From an uncultured bacterium (GTDB lineage: Bacteria > Babelota > Babeliae > Babelales > Vermiphilaceae): a DNA stretch of 64,000 bases. How positions within the stretch are numbered: position 1 is the stretch's first letter; the number at the start of each line of letters is the position of its first letter. Shown in pieces: positions 28,739-39,510 of the stretch. Under the pieces are notes generated by a model. It saw only the letters and a program-made list of their open reading frames with translations, was not told the origin of the DNA and ran no database searches. Made by a program: the position numbers and the translations under genes. Where the stretch lies: positions 1,056,001-1,120,000 of the forward strand of contig OY970212.1 of assembly GCA_963713925.1 (NCBI GenBank), read 5' to 3'.

Positions 28739-30469
28739 CTATTCCTTCATGGCTATATCAATACCAAGGAGTTCAATATTCACTCTTCCATTCCAATGAT
28801 TTTCAGTAATGTGCGTTGCAAGGTCAAACTTTGGAGTTTCCCGCTCAATAAAAGCAGCATAAATATCGGGTCTATTGAAAAAAATCAGTTGCTTGATAAC
28901 GCCATCGGCAAAAACAGCACATTTCACATGCAACTCCTTGAGCAATTGAGGCTTTTGCACCAAAACAACATCTTTAACATAAAACGTCGGCTGCGGATTT
29001 TCATTTCCAAACGGCTCAAAATAGGCCATATCCTCCATCATTTTTTTTGTTGCATCAGGCAATATCAAATGTGCATCAAGCCGTATTTTTTGTTGCAAAT
29101 CATCAGGAGAGAGGCGCTCTGCAATCATTTTTTCAAGACGATCTTTAAGCAGTGGAATGTTTTCCGTTTTCAAGCTCAGGCCGGCTGCTTGCGCGTGTCC
29201 CCCGAATTGCATCAAAAGATCATGACATTCAGAAAGTGCATTAAACATATTAAATGCAGGTATCGAACGACATGAGCCTTTGGCAATTCCTTTATCGGTC
29301 ATATGCAATAAAATAGTAGGCTTGCCATACGCGGAGACAATACGTGAGGCAACCAAGCCAATAACACCCGGTGGCCAATTGTCACTGCCAAGCACAATGC
29401 AATTTTCCTTGCTCAAATCAACGAGGCCCGATTCAACTTTAGCCTGAATCTCAGCAACAATAGACCGCTCAATTTCTTTTCGAGCTTGATTCAGCTCCAA
29501 CAAAACTTTTCCCGTTTGCATCACTTCTTGCTCATTTGTTCCAAGCAAAAAGCCAACCCCTTGGCGCGGATCTTCCAAGCGACCGAGCGCATTAATTTGA
29601 GGAGTCAGGGAAAAGCCAACATCTGTTGCAGTAATGATTGATTTATCAACCTTCCCATTTGTCTTCAACACTTTCAACGACAAGCTCATCCCGGAATTGA
29701 TCTGACGCAAGCAATGGCGTACCCAAAATCGATTCTCTCCCGTGAGCGGAACAACGTCGGCGACGGTGCCTAAGAGTAAAAGTTCATACACCTTAGCTGG
29801 TAATGATCGCCCTCTTTTTTCATATAACAGTGAAAGAATTTTGAAAGAAACACCAACTCCGGCAAAATATTTAAATGGATATGGACAATCGGATTGATGC
29901 GGGTTGACAATTGCATAGGCATCAGGCACATGATCATGCGGACGGTGATGATCGGTGATTATTAAATCAATGCCAAGGCTTTTTGCTCGTTCTGCTTGTT
30001 CAAAAGCCGTAATACCATTATCAACCGTTATAATTAGCGTATAGCCATTGGCATGCGCTCGTTCGATAATTTTTGTTGAAATACCGTATCCGTCACGCAC
30101 TCGGTGAGGCAAATAAAAATTTACCTTGGCTCCCAGTGGTAGTAACCCTGTCATCATTAATGAAGACGATGTGATCCCATCAACATCATAATCACCAAAA
30201 ATGAGAATTTTTTCTCCCCGCTCGATGGCCCGTTCAATGCGATCTACTACTTTTTGCGCATCTTTCATTACAGACGGATGTCCCACATCTTTTTCAAACG
30301 AACTGAATAAAAAAGATTCAATCTCTTCAGAATCGCAACGCCCTCGTTGCACGAGCGCTTGCGCCAATGGAATTGCTAAGGAATATCGAGCAGCTATATC
30401 AATCGACGTTTTACAAAGTTCCGTCGGAATTTCCCAAAGATATTTTTGACCGCGAACCCTGTATGTCAC
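28739..30469 (-). CDS. recJ: ssDNA exonuclease RecJ
   Basis: GDYDVDG, TVDNG, TDHH, GTVADVVPL, GSCRS, GGHAQAAG; GTG start inferred. Confidence 0.93.
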   Translation of the reverse strand: MTYRVRGQKYLWEIPTELCKTSIDIAARYSLAIPLAQALVQRGRCDSEEIESFLFSSFEKDVGHPSVMKDAQKVVDRIERAIERGEKILIFGDYDVDGITSSSLMMTGLLPLGAKVNFYLPHRVRDGYGISTKIIERAHANGYTLIITVDNGITAFEQAERAKSLGIDLIITDHHRPHDHVPDAYAIVNPHQSDCPYPFKYFAGVGVSFKILSLLYEKRGRSLPAKVYELLLLGTVADVVPLTGENRFWVRHCLRQINSGMSLSLKVLKTNGKVDKSIITATDVGFSLTPQINALGRLEDPRQGVGFLLGTNEQEVMQTGKVLLELNQARKEIERSIVAEIQAKVESGLVDLSKENCIVLGSDNWPPGVIGLVASRIVSAYGKPTILLHMTDKGIAKGSCRSIPAFNMFNALSECHDLLMQFGGHAQAAGLSLKTENIPLLKDRLEKMIAERLSPDDLQQKIRLDAHLILPDATKKMMEDMAYFEPFGNENPQPTFYVKDVVLVQKPQLLKELHVKCAVFADGVIKQLIFFNRPDIYAAFIERETPKFDLATHITENHWNGRVNIELLGIDIAMKE

Positions 30470-30647
30470 AACTTTTCCTTGCTGATGATGAAAAATGAAA
30501 TAATTGTAGTACAATTATAGTCGCTGTGAAAAAATATTCCACATCAAAAAACAGGTTTTGAACGGGTCCCAAACAGGATCCCATACCGAAGTATGGGTTG
30601 AAGCAAAGCGGAGTTTGGGTAAAATGCATAAAAGGAGTAACCGTACT

Positions 30648-33600
30648 ATGAAGATTTTCGCACCAGTAAGCCTTTTTATTTTTGTCTCGATCTTTCCATC
30701 AGACTCTCCAAATCTTCCGATATCATTCCAACAACATGATTTCACTGAGTATATTCAACTGCGTCACGCAGCCGACGCGCCCGGTGCAACGCTGGATGAA
30801 TATTTTGCGCTTCTTGATTATGAGAAGAAAAATGAAGATGTACAAAACAAGAAAAAAACCTTTTTGATTGATACCCATTTTGACTCGCAAGAAGAAAGAG
30901 CCTCCGCTATTGCTGACCTTTACCCGCAAGCACTTACTCCTGATCTCATATCTCTGCTTGAGACTTCCAAACATCCCGGCGACATAATGAATCTTGCCCA
31001 CTATTATAGAAACAACAATAAGCCCGAACAGGCTTTGAACCTTTATTCTCAAGTGGAATCACAATATCCCGACGTTCATTTTTATAGAGCCGCAACACTT
31101 CACAACGTAGCCTGTGATTTAGTCGAAAAAAAACAATACCAAGATGCCATGGAAAATCTTGCCGAATGCAAAAAAATTTTAACAAGCTTATCGGCATGTA
31201 AACACGCCATGCTTCAAGAAGTGCTTAAAAAAGTCGATTTTAGTTATGAAAAACTCAATAGATATCTCACGTATCATAACCGCACAGAAAAACCATCCAT
31301 TGATCAATTAGAACACGAATCTTCTGTCACACCTACTCGTCGTGATCGTTCGGTGTTTAACCCTAAATATGTCCCCATATTGCACACTCCCTTGCACGAT
31401 CCATCACGAAAGAATGAACCGAAAAAGCCAGCCGCCCCTCATACCCGCCCTGATATTTCAGTAGATTATTTGAAAACTATTTCAGATGATATCGGTCAGC
31501 TTAAGAAAAATTTGCAACAGATTCTCAATCATCTGAGTTCTGCGCCGCATGATATGTCTGCATTTGGCGAGCAACTCTGGACCATCACCAATCTGACACT
31601 CGATGGATTTAACGACTCTCAAATCCAAAAAAAAGTATCAGCGCTGCATCGGTTTGCCATGCAACGCATACATAAGGCAGAACCAATTACATCCGCAGAA
31701 GGAAAAGCATTTTGCTCTTTTCTCTTGCTTTCAGAAAATTATAAAGACCTCGATGTATTGATTGAAAAACTTACCAGCAATATACCCGCTGAATCGGATC
31801 TTATAAATAGAGCTCGCCTTGAAAAAATATGTTGGGAAATACGAGGCCCGGACTGCACAAAGGGCATGGAGCTTGAAAAACTTTTCAATTTAATGCCTGA
31901 TTTGCCTGAATATACGAATGATTTCGCTGGAGGAGTCATTGCATCGAACGTACTTGAAAATATTTTTACCATTATGGAAAACCACCCTGAAACTGAGGCC
32001 TACGGAATCAAGCAACTGTCCAGGGTGACGCAAAAATCGACTCATTTTGCAAAAGATCTGCTAGAGTCTCTTCGCAATTATAAGATACAACATGAAGAAA
32101 ACAGAAAATTATTGCATGAAACAATAGTCACGCAAGCAAATCAATTGCTCGATCAAGAAATAACGACTGAGGATCGGGCCGCAACATTAGGGGTTTTGCA
32201 AAAAAGTCACGGTTTTTTAGGAAATTATGATAAAGCAATTCAAATTGCTCAAAAACGATGCCTTCTTGACCCGTCACTGCTCGATATGTGCATCAAAATG
32301 ATTGGCGCTTTCCGATTACATCCAGAAGCGACCTCCCAAACCGCTTTGCTTTGTATTGATGAACTTATCACGCACTTGCCCACACAAACTCCTCAAGACC
32401 AGGCATCTCTCGCATTTCTAAACATGCATAAAGCCTCAATTACACAGCCCAACAACAGGGATCTTATTGAACACGAACTTTGCAACTTTTTAAAATTATA
32501 TGACTATCGAACGGCAACAACTTACAATAAACCTATCATTGAAGCTTTCAGCTCATTAATTGAAAACAAAAATGAGAACAGAGATGGGGAAATCATGTCA
32601 AAAGCGATTCATGCGATCTTATGTCTCTATCAAGACATACAAAGCGGTCAAAAAATGGATGCTGAAATGCAAGATACCATAAAAAGGACTGCTGCCATTG
32701 CGGGGCTCAAAATTCCCGGGTTGATAGAAACGGGTGGGATCTATGGGATCACCAACGCGTTGCATTACACAAGCGATGCCGGCAGACGTCATTCATTAAT
32801 AAATAAATTGATCACGGAACTTGATAATGACCGGTATGCTCATTGCAGACGAAGCATTTTGCATACTCTTACCGATTTTTTTCAAAATCATTCCGATCCT
32901 GTAAACATACTGCATGCCTTCGCAAAATATTACGATGACGGACAAAAATTTTTCAAAAAACTACAACCATTTCCAATAACCACATTGCCCGGCATTCATG
33001 ACCCTGAAAGGCTTGCCTCTGCAAAGCGGAAGTTTGGTGAATTATATGAAACCCATAAAACACCAGAACTTCTTGAGGCATATTCATATGTATCAATGCT
33101 CGACGCTCAGGGAATTCAAAAAAAATCCTTGCCAGCCGGTGTCGGTATTGCCACGGATGGCTTTAATGTTGTAAAAAAAAATATTGGTAAAATTGCCCAT
33201 TATCTCCAATCGGACCTTACTGAATATGCAATCGCTTATTTTGTCAATTGCGTTGAGCAATGGGCATGTATGGGAGAAAGGCTAAAAAGGCACGGTGAAG
33301 TTGTCAGAGCAATATCTGAATATACCAATATGTTGAACTCAAAGAAAATGGGCATGCCAGCTTCAAATATCGTTAAAGCTCAACTACAAAAGTTGGAATT
33401 ATTAAAACAGCTCATCATCGTAATAAGTACGGATTTTTCTGCGGAAGAAAGTAAAGAGGCTCTTGACAAAGTGCGTCCATTAATCGCACAGTCGGAAAAA
33501 CTGACCAACAATGATTATGAAGCAATGGCAACGAAAACGGATGTCTACCTCAATCTACTTATCAACCGGATAAAGAGACTTTTAACGGAACAAACCGCTT

Positions 33601-35717
33601 CTGCGACAACTACCTCAGCCGGACAAACACAAAATCGATCAAATGACGGCCACATGCCCGCTGTTCCCCTGGAAGATACAGATGAGTCTTCATTAGACAA
33701 AGTGACATCACGCAATCAAGAAGATATAAAAAACAGCTTTAAACAACTCCTTGATGACATTCAAAAAAGGAGCTTGCCGGAGTCGGATCAATTTTCACTT
33801 CTACAAAAATTTTCTCTTTCGCTTACCCCCGGAACATTATCGGACAAGATGCGTCAAACGGCTCGTTCAACACTAAAAACCATGCTTGAGAATCCATCCA
33901 TCACCGCACAACAACGAGGAAGCCTTCTGGGTTGGATGGGAAAAATCTTACGTGATGACACTCTCCTCAACCAATCAATCGAGACACTCCGGAGAATTCC
34001 CGGTACTGATGCAGCCATCGAACGCGTATCAGCTGCGGCGCAAATTATATTGCACCTGGAAAAAAACCCGTCGTTTCCAAAAGCTAAAATATTAGATAAG
34101 CTGCTCGAATTGGAAAAAAGTGAAGCCGATCCGGAAGTTCAAAATGATGTAATCCGCATTGCATCACAATTTATCATGCGTAATCATGATGCATTTTCGG
34201 AACAACAAGTTGCAGATTATTTTGAACAACATGCGAATGCAACGGAAAAGACAGCATCCCATTTGACGTATGCTTCTTTGTTTTTTCCGCACCTTCGCAC
34301 TCACACCAAAAAATATGGGACTGCTGCTCTTGCATATTTCGCAGACCCCGAAATCAGAAACAAAATTCACAAGATACTGTTGGACATAGCAGAAAATTTG
34401 GACGAACAAGTCGAACATTTCTTTGGACAGACAAGTATCGATTCTGCATCTGCTCTGCAATTATGCAGCAAACTTTCCGATAGAAAATTACCCGGGGACG
34501 ACGCACTTGCACGACAAATAGTAGACAGGCTCCCCGAAACGGATTCTCAAGAAAAGGATGTCAAATCAATCGCTGACGCAACATTTGGTGTCTGGTTTGC
34601 AGAAAACAACGAAGCTGCTGCCGGAAAAATTGAACAGTTGCTTGCACTGTTGATTGCAAACAATAATTTTTCCCTGTTGCAAACCCCGGTAGAACAAAGG
34701 TTAATACCGGCTCTTGAGATCGTTTTTCATCGAACACCGGATCCCGACGTCAAAATGTTGGCCGGTCTTCTCATTGCAAAAAGCAGCAAAGAGGAAAACC
34801 AAATCAAAACCGCACAACAAATCCTAACATTCACAATCCCAACAAATATGGAACTATTACGTCATGCCCTTGATTCAGCCGGAGACCCCGAATCGATTTA
34901 TCGATATGGGACGCAACTCATCGTGCAATACAAAAAAAATCCGAGTCTGGCAACCAAATTTTATCTCCGAGAAATGGCTCTGAAAATGCGACAATCAGAA
35001 TGTATACTTGATCTTCTTGAATATGTTGCCGATCACTACCAGGAACATAAAGGGGTATTACTTTTACCTATTTATGATTCTGTAGACACCCTCCACCCAA
35101 TGACAACGATACATCCAGATGCCTATAAACGATTTCAATCAATAATCGCCGGATTCAAGAAAGAACTTGATCAACAGAATCTTCCGGAACATGAAAAGCG
35201 AACGATTGGAGATTGGATCATCATGATACATAAAAAAGCTGTTCATTGGCTTGCGGTAAATCCTGAATATAAAAAGGGACCGATAGCACTCGAAAAATGC
35301 ATTATTATTAAAAAAGGTCTGGAAGAAATGGTGCATAAAGATTCAAAAATACTTACTATTGTCTCTTTGTTTGACATCAATATGATACAACGAGTGTGGT
35401 GTGAGCTCTTAAGAAGAAATAACCGAGATTATGAAATGAAGAACGACATAGAATATACAATAAGGTTTCTTGAATTATCGATCAAAAAATTAGCAAAAGA
35501 TAAGCAGAGTAATGATTTATTGAAAAAAGAACTTGAAAATCTGATCGTATTGAAAAATCTTATGTATGCAACCACCAACGATACAAAGCTCTTAGCCGAA
35601 AAAAGTGAATCAAAAAAATATTTTCTGAAACGAATAGGCGAGACTTTCAATCTGCCCCCAAACGATACATTTATGGTGGAGTTATTTGAACAAGTGATGA
35701 AAAAGATTATAAAATAA
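30648..35717 (+). CDS. Very large secreted helical orphan protein (~1690 aa) with an N-terminal TPR-like region
   Basis: AAGGAG RBS, signal peptide MKIFAPVSLFIFVSIF, TPR-like LAHYY...EQALNLY...HFYRA. Confidence 0.75.
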   Translation: MKIFAPVSLFIFVSIFPSDSPNLPISFQQHDFTEYIQLRHAADAPGATLDEYFALLDYEKKNEDVQNKKKTFLIDTHFDSQEERASAIADLYPQALTPDLISLLETSKHPGDIMNLAHYYRNNNKPEQALNLYSQVESQYPDVHFYRAATLHNVACDLVEKKQYQDAMENLAECKKILTSLSACKHAMLQEVLKKVDFSYEKLNRYLTYHNRTEKPSIDQLEHESSVTPTRRDRSVFNPKYVPILHTPLHDPSRKNEPKKPAAPHTRPDISVDYLKTISDDIGQLKKNLQQILNHLSSAPHDMSAFGEQLWTITNLTLDGFNDSQIQKKVSALHRFAMQRIHKAEPITSAEGKAFCSFLLLSENYKDLDVLIEKLTSNIPAESDLINRARLEKICWEIRGPDCTKGMELEKLFNLMPDLPEYTNDFAGGVIASNVLENIFTIMENHPETEAYGIKQLSRVTQKSTHFAKDLLESLRNYKIQHEENRKLLHETIVTQANQLLDQEITTEDRAATLGVLQKSHGFLGNYDKAIQIAQKRCLLDPSLLDMCIKMIGAFRLHPEATSQTALLCIDELITHLPTQTPQDQASLAFLNMHKASITQPNNRDLIEHELCNFLKLYDYRTATTYNKPIIEAFSSLIENKNENRDGEIMSKAIHAILCLYQDIQSGQKMDAEMQDTIKRTAAIAGLKIPGLIETGGIYGITNALHYTSDAGRRHSLINKLITELDNDRYAHCRRSILHTLTDFFQNHSDPVNILHAFAKYYDDGQKFFKKLQPFPITTLPGIHDPERLASAKRKFGELYETHKTPELLEAYSYVSMLDAQGIQKKSLPAGVGIATDGFNVVKKNIGKIAHYLQSDLTEYAIAYFVNCVEQWACMGERLKRHGEVVRAISEYTNMLNSKKMGMPASNIVKAQLQKLELLKQLIIVISTDFSAEESKEALDKVRPLIAQSEKLTNNDYEAMATKTDVYLNLLINRIKRLLTEQTASATTTSAGQTQNRSNDGHMPAVPLEDTDESSLDKVTSRNQEDIKNSFKQLLDDIQKRSLPESDQFSLLQKFSLSLTPGTLSDKMRQTARSTLKTMLENPSITAQQRGSLLGWMGKILRDDTLLNQSIETLRRIPGTDAAIERVSAAAQIILHLEKNPSFPKAKILDKLLELEKSEADPEVQNDVIRIASQFIMRNHDAFSEQQVADYFEQHANATEKTASHLTYASLFFPHLRTHTKKYGTAALAYFADPEIRNKIHKILLDIAENLDEQVEHFFGQTSIDSASALQLCSKLSDRKLPGDDALARQIVDRLPETDSQEKDVKSIADATFGVWFAENNEAAAGKIEQLLALLIANNNFSLLQTPVEQRLIPALEIVFHRTPDPDVKMLAGLLIAKSSKEENQIKTAQQILTFTIPTNMELLRHALDSAGDPESIYRYGTQLIVQYKKNPSLATKFYLREMALKMRQSECILDLLEYVADHYQEHKGVLLLPIYDSVDTLHPMTTIHPDAYKRFQSIIAGFKKELDQQNLPEHEKRTIGDWIIMIHKKAVHWLAVNPEYKKGPIALEKCIIIKKGLEEMVHKDSKILTIVSLFDINMIQRVWCELLRRNNRDYEMKNDIEYTIRFLELSIKKLAKDKQSNDLLKKELENLIVLKNLMYATTNDTKLLAEKSESKKYFLKRIGETFNLPPNDTFMVELFEQVMKKIIK

Positions 35718-35765
35718 GCGCGATTCGTAGGCGCTATAAAAAAATATTCTGATGCGTACCTTAAC

Positions 35766-35801
35766 AATAAAGAAGGCCGATTATAATCGGCCTTCTTTGT
35801 T
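35766..35801. terminator. Bidirectional terminator
   Basis: aaagaaggccgattataatcggccttcttt. Confidence 0.8.
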
Positions 35802-37299
35802 ATTCTTTTTTCTTTAATGTCGGAAAGAGAATCACATCTTTTATCGTGGTACTGTTGGTCACCAACATGACAAGACGATCAATACCGATGCCAACGCCAA
35901 CGGTCGGCGGCAACCCATATTCAAGCGCTTCGATGTAATCAGCATCGTAATAGTGCGCTTCATCATCACCTGCAGTGCGCGCGGCAGCTTGTGCTTTGAA
36001 TCGATCCGATTGATCAAACGGATCGTTCAACTCATTAAAGCCGTTGCTGAGTTCCATGCTTGCAATAAAAAGCTCAAAACGGGCTGCAACATGTGAGTTG
36101 TTTGGATCTCGTTTTGCAAGCGGAGAAACTTCTATCGGAAACTCCGTAATGAATGTTGGCTGAATAAGCTTATGCTCTACAAGCTCTTCAAAAAGCGCAT
36201 ACACCTTTTCACCAAGGGAAGCCTGTTTATTTTTAGCTTTCACTTTGCGCGCCGCCATAGTTGCATCAATCGTTTGTTCAGTTAATTCATGCGGCTTAAT
36301 ATCAGTGTAATCAAGCACAGCTTGATGCAATGTCACGCGCTTGAATGGTTGCCCAAAATCTAAGGTGTGATTTCCAAACGGTACTACCAATGTGCCACAG
36401 GTGGTCATAACAACCTTGCGTAACATTTTTTCAGTAAAATCCATCGCAAATACATAATCTTGATGCGCCGTATACATTTCAAGCATGGTGAATTCAGGGT
36501 TGTGACGCGTAGAAACCCCTTCATTTCTGAAGTTTCTGTTGATTTCGTACACTCGCTCAAATCCGCCAACAACCAGACGCTTCAAATAGAGTTCCGGAGC
36601 AATACGAAGATAGAAGTCTGAATCAAGAGCATTATGATGTGTAATAAATGGTTTAGCTGCCGCGCCGCCCGGTATTGGGTGCAACATCGGTGTTTCAACC
36701 TCCATAAAACCATATTCATCTAAAAATGATCTCATGGTCCGTACGACATTTGATCGTTTTGCAAATCGCTCGCGACTTTCAGCATTGCTCATTAAATCTA
36801 AATACCGTTGACGATAAATAGTCTCAATATCAGAAAGCCCATGAAATTTATCCGGCAGTGGGTGTAAGCATTTACTCAAAAGCTCAATTTCATCCACCCG
36901 TATGCTAATTTCTCCTGTTTTTGTTTTAAAGGCAGGTCCCTCAATTAAAACAATATCCCCCAGATCAATATATGATTGAAACAGCTTAAATGCTTCCGCT
37001 CCGGTTTGATCTTCTTTGATATAGGCCTGAATTTTTCCTTTACCATCCTGCACATGGAAAAAGGATGATTTTCCATGGGAACGCATGGACACAAGACGTC
37101 CTGCAATGCGATATACGCGCGATTCTTTTTCAGGATTGAATTCAGAAATAACATCTGTTGAATGCGCGTTAACCTCTGCACGAGCCGGCCATGGATTCAA
37201 TGAGGCTTCTTTAATTTGAGCTACTTTTTCAATTCTATGGCGATACTCATCAGAATGATCTCGAGAAGGCAAGGTGTTAGGAGAAATAGGCTTTGTCAT
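35800..37299 (-). CDS. lysS: Lysine--tRNA ligase (class II)
   Basis: YRQRYLDL, LRIAPELYLKRL, FRNEG, HNPEFT, GIGIDRL. Confidence 0.97.
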   Translation of the reverse strand: MTKPISPNTLPSRDHSDEYRHRIEKVAQIKEASLNPWPARAEVNAHSTDVISEFNPEKESRVYRIAGRLVSMRSHGKSSFFHVQDGKGKIQAYIKEDQTGAEAFKLFQSYIDLGDIVLIEGPAFKTKTGEISIRVDEIELLSKCLHPLPDKFHGLSDIETIYRQRYLDLMSNAESRERFAKRSNVVRTMRSFLDEYGFMEVETPMLHPIPGGAAAKPFITHHNALDSDFYLRIAPELYLKRLVVGGFERVYEINRNFRNEGVSTRHNPEFTMLEMYTAHQDYVFAMDFTEKMLRKVVMTTCGTLVVPFGNHTLDFGQPFKRVTLHQAVLDYTDIKPHELTEQTIDATMAARKVKAKNKQASLGEKVYALFEELVEHKLIQPTFITEFPIEVSPLAKRDPNNSHVAARFELFIASMELSNGFNELNDPFDQSDRFKAQAAARTAGDDEAHYYDADYIEALEYGLPPTVGVGIGIDRLVMLVTNSTTIKDVILFPTLKKKE

Positions 37300-37480
37300 G
37301 GGATAATTTTCATGTTAAAGGGATAATTTTTACCCAAATTTCACATTCGTTCCATTTGGGACCCGGTTTGCTCAACTAGTTACTATACAGTAAATACACT
37401 CTTTTTACAAAAACATTGAACTCGGACCTCAATTTTAAATATAATCATATCTGTAAATATTCTATTGTGAGGAAAGTGCA

Positions 37481-39361
37481 ATGAAAATCAAAGCCGGGTG
37501 CATTCTTATTTTAATAAGCATAATAACACCTCTTTTTGCCATCACCGTGCATAATCAAAGCCCATTTCCGCTCTTTGGTGCCCCTTATTACACCTATAGT
37601 AAATATGCTGAAAAAGCCTCAAGCGAACAAGAACTTCCTTCATATGGAACCATCTCATTTGAGCGGCCCAAAATGCGTCTTGATTTTGGCGGCCGACGTT
37701 TTGTGTTCGGATTTGAAAAACAGTTTTTCACAACGCCAAAAATGGCAATAGACACATATAAATTGCTCAACTCTCAAGATATTTCAGAACTTATGGGTTC
37801 AACCTTTTATATCGATTTTTATCAAAACCAACTGCATTCCTACTCACAAGCGGGCTGGGTGCTCCTCAAACCGGTTGAACGAAATGTCGTCGATCCTTTA
37901 AAAGCAATTGTCGCTACGCTCGCCAACAAAACATATCAAGCTATGATTGCTATCTTGCCCTACAAAACAATGTCAGCAACTGTTAAACCAATACAATCAC
38001 TTCCTGCAGAAGAGGCGTCATTTATAACCAAACGAGACAATATCACGCAATCCGCATTGAGCAAAATCACTAAGAACTCAAAGAAATCCCCACGAGTTGG
38101 TCTTTGTTTTAGCGGCGGAGGCATTCGCGCGTGCTTAGCAACGCTCGGTTCTTTGCGCGGATTGCAGGCAACCGACCTTTTAAATACGGTCTCATATGCA
38201 GCTGGTCTTTCGGGATCCACCTGGGCATTAGGCGGATGGATCCAATCAAAAAAAGGTTTAGATGATTACCTGGCATTTTTAATCAATAAACTTGAAAAAG
38301 GTCTTTTCACTGCCGATCTCGATTTTGGAGCGCTCAGTAAACATTTGTTTAATAAAACATGTTTTGGACAACCGCTTTCGATTGTTGATATTTATGGCGC
38401 GCTTCTTGGCCAACTCCTTATCGCTGCCCCCGGTATTAATCCATATCAACAATTCTTGTGGAACCAAAAAGATATTATTGCTTCAGGGCACTATCCATTC
38501 CCCATTTATACTGCGTTGATCACCAAAAAAAATCCAGGATCCAATTTTTATCCGACACTTGAATGCAACCCATTTTGGACCGGGTGTAAAGATTTGAATG
38601 GAATCATTGATAGTTGGGCGCTTGGACGCGCATTTGATGGTGGAAAAACAATCAACTTGGCAAATCCTGAGCCATTCCATTTTTTGCTTGGGATATTTGG
38701 CTATGCAATCGGTGGTAATTATGAAGAATTGTTAGGACACGCAAAAGAAAAAATAAAACCGGAATTTCTCAAAACACTCCTTGGCAAAATAACTGAAGAA
38801 ACACCATTTGGTACTCAGCGCCTACGTCCGGCGCAAGTGCTCAACCCGGTTTATAAATTGAATCCTCAAACAAACACACGCGCAACCCAACAAACACTCA
38901 CACTTGTTGATGCCGGACTCAATTTCAACCTTCCCATTCAGCCCTTTTTTGAAGTGCCGGGTAGAAAAATTGATGTGCTCATCATCGTTGATAACTCAGA
39001 CTATACAAAAGATGGTGCTCCCGGCACAGAACTTGCAAAAGCTGCCGCCTACTGCAAAGAGCAAAAGATTCCGTTCCCCGATATATCAAAATACCCGCAG
39101 CTGAGCAAACAAACATGCACTGTCATGGAAGATGCAGACCCACGAGCACCGATCGTTGTGTATCTTCCGTTGCTCAACAATCCGAACCATCCTCGACAAT
39201 TTGACATTAATCGCTGCTTTAAAGAAGAATGTTCAACATTCAACTTCAAATATAGTGGGGAAAATGCGCAAGATTTATCAGATCTCACCTACATGAATAT
39301 CCTGATACATCAACCGGATATTGAAGCAGCAATTAGAAAAAAGGCCGGACAATTGAAGTGA
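37481..39361 (+). CDS. Secreted cPLA2/lysophospholipase-family (PLA2_B-like) phospholipase
   Basis: SGGGIRA oxyanion motif, GLSGSTW nucleophile, PFPIY, LVDAGL catalytic Asp; signal peptide. Confidence 0.85.
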   Translation: MKIKAGCILILISIITPLFAITVHNQSPFPLFGAPYYTYSKYAEKASSEQELPSYGTISFERPKMRLDFGGRRFVFGFEKQFFTTPKMAIDTYKLLNSQDISELMGSTFYIDFYQNQLHSYSQAGWVLLKPVERNVVDPLKAIVATLANKTYQAMIAILPYKTMSATVKPIQSLPAEEASFITKRDNITQSALSKITKNSKKSPRVGLCFSGGGIRACLATLGSLRGLQATDLLNTVSYAAGLSGSTWALGGWIQSKKGLDDYLAFLINKLEKGLFTADLDFGALSKHLFNKTCFGQPLSIVDIYGALLGQLLIAAPGINPYQQFLWNQKDIIASGHYPFPIYTALITKKNPGSNFYPTLECNPFWTGCKDLNGIIDSWALGRAFDGGKTINLANPEPFHFLLGIFGYAIGGNYEELLGHAKEKIKPEFLKTLLGKITEETPFGTQRLRPAQVLNPVYKLNPQTNTRATQQTLTLVDAGLNFNLPIQPFFEVPGRKIDVLIIVDNSDYTKDGAPGTELAKAAAYCKEQKIPFPDISKYPQLSKQTCTVMEDADPRAPIVVYLPLLNNPNHPRQFDINRCFKEECSTFNFKYSGENAQDLSDLTYMNILIHQPDIEAAIRKKAGQLK

Positions 39362-39510
39362 TTTTCTAGAAACTGTTGAGTTTTGTCTTCATGAAAAGCC
39401 GATGGTTATTTCATGTTTTTCTGAACAAAAAGCCCTTCCCCCGTTCGTGGTTTCGGGTGTAACGAACGGATTGAAATTGTTTTTTTATGTTTTTAAAAAC
39501 TCAACGGGCC

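Noticed and set aside
30558..30647. N-terminal extension of the giant ORF in the track
   Set aside because: Consists of a nested family-C repeat; the RBS and signal peptide point to ATG 30648
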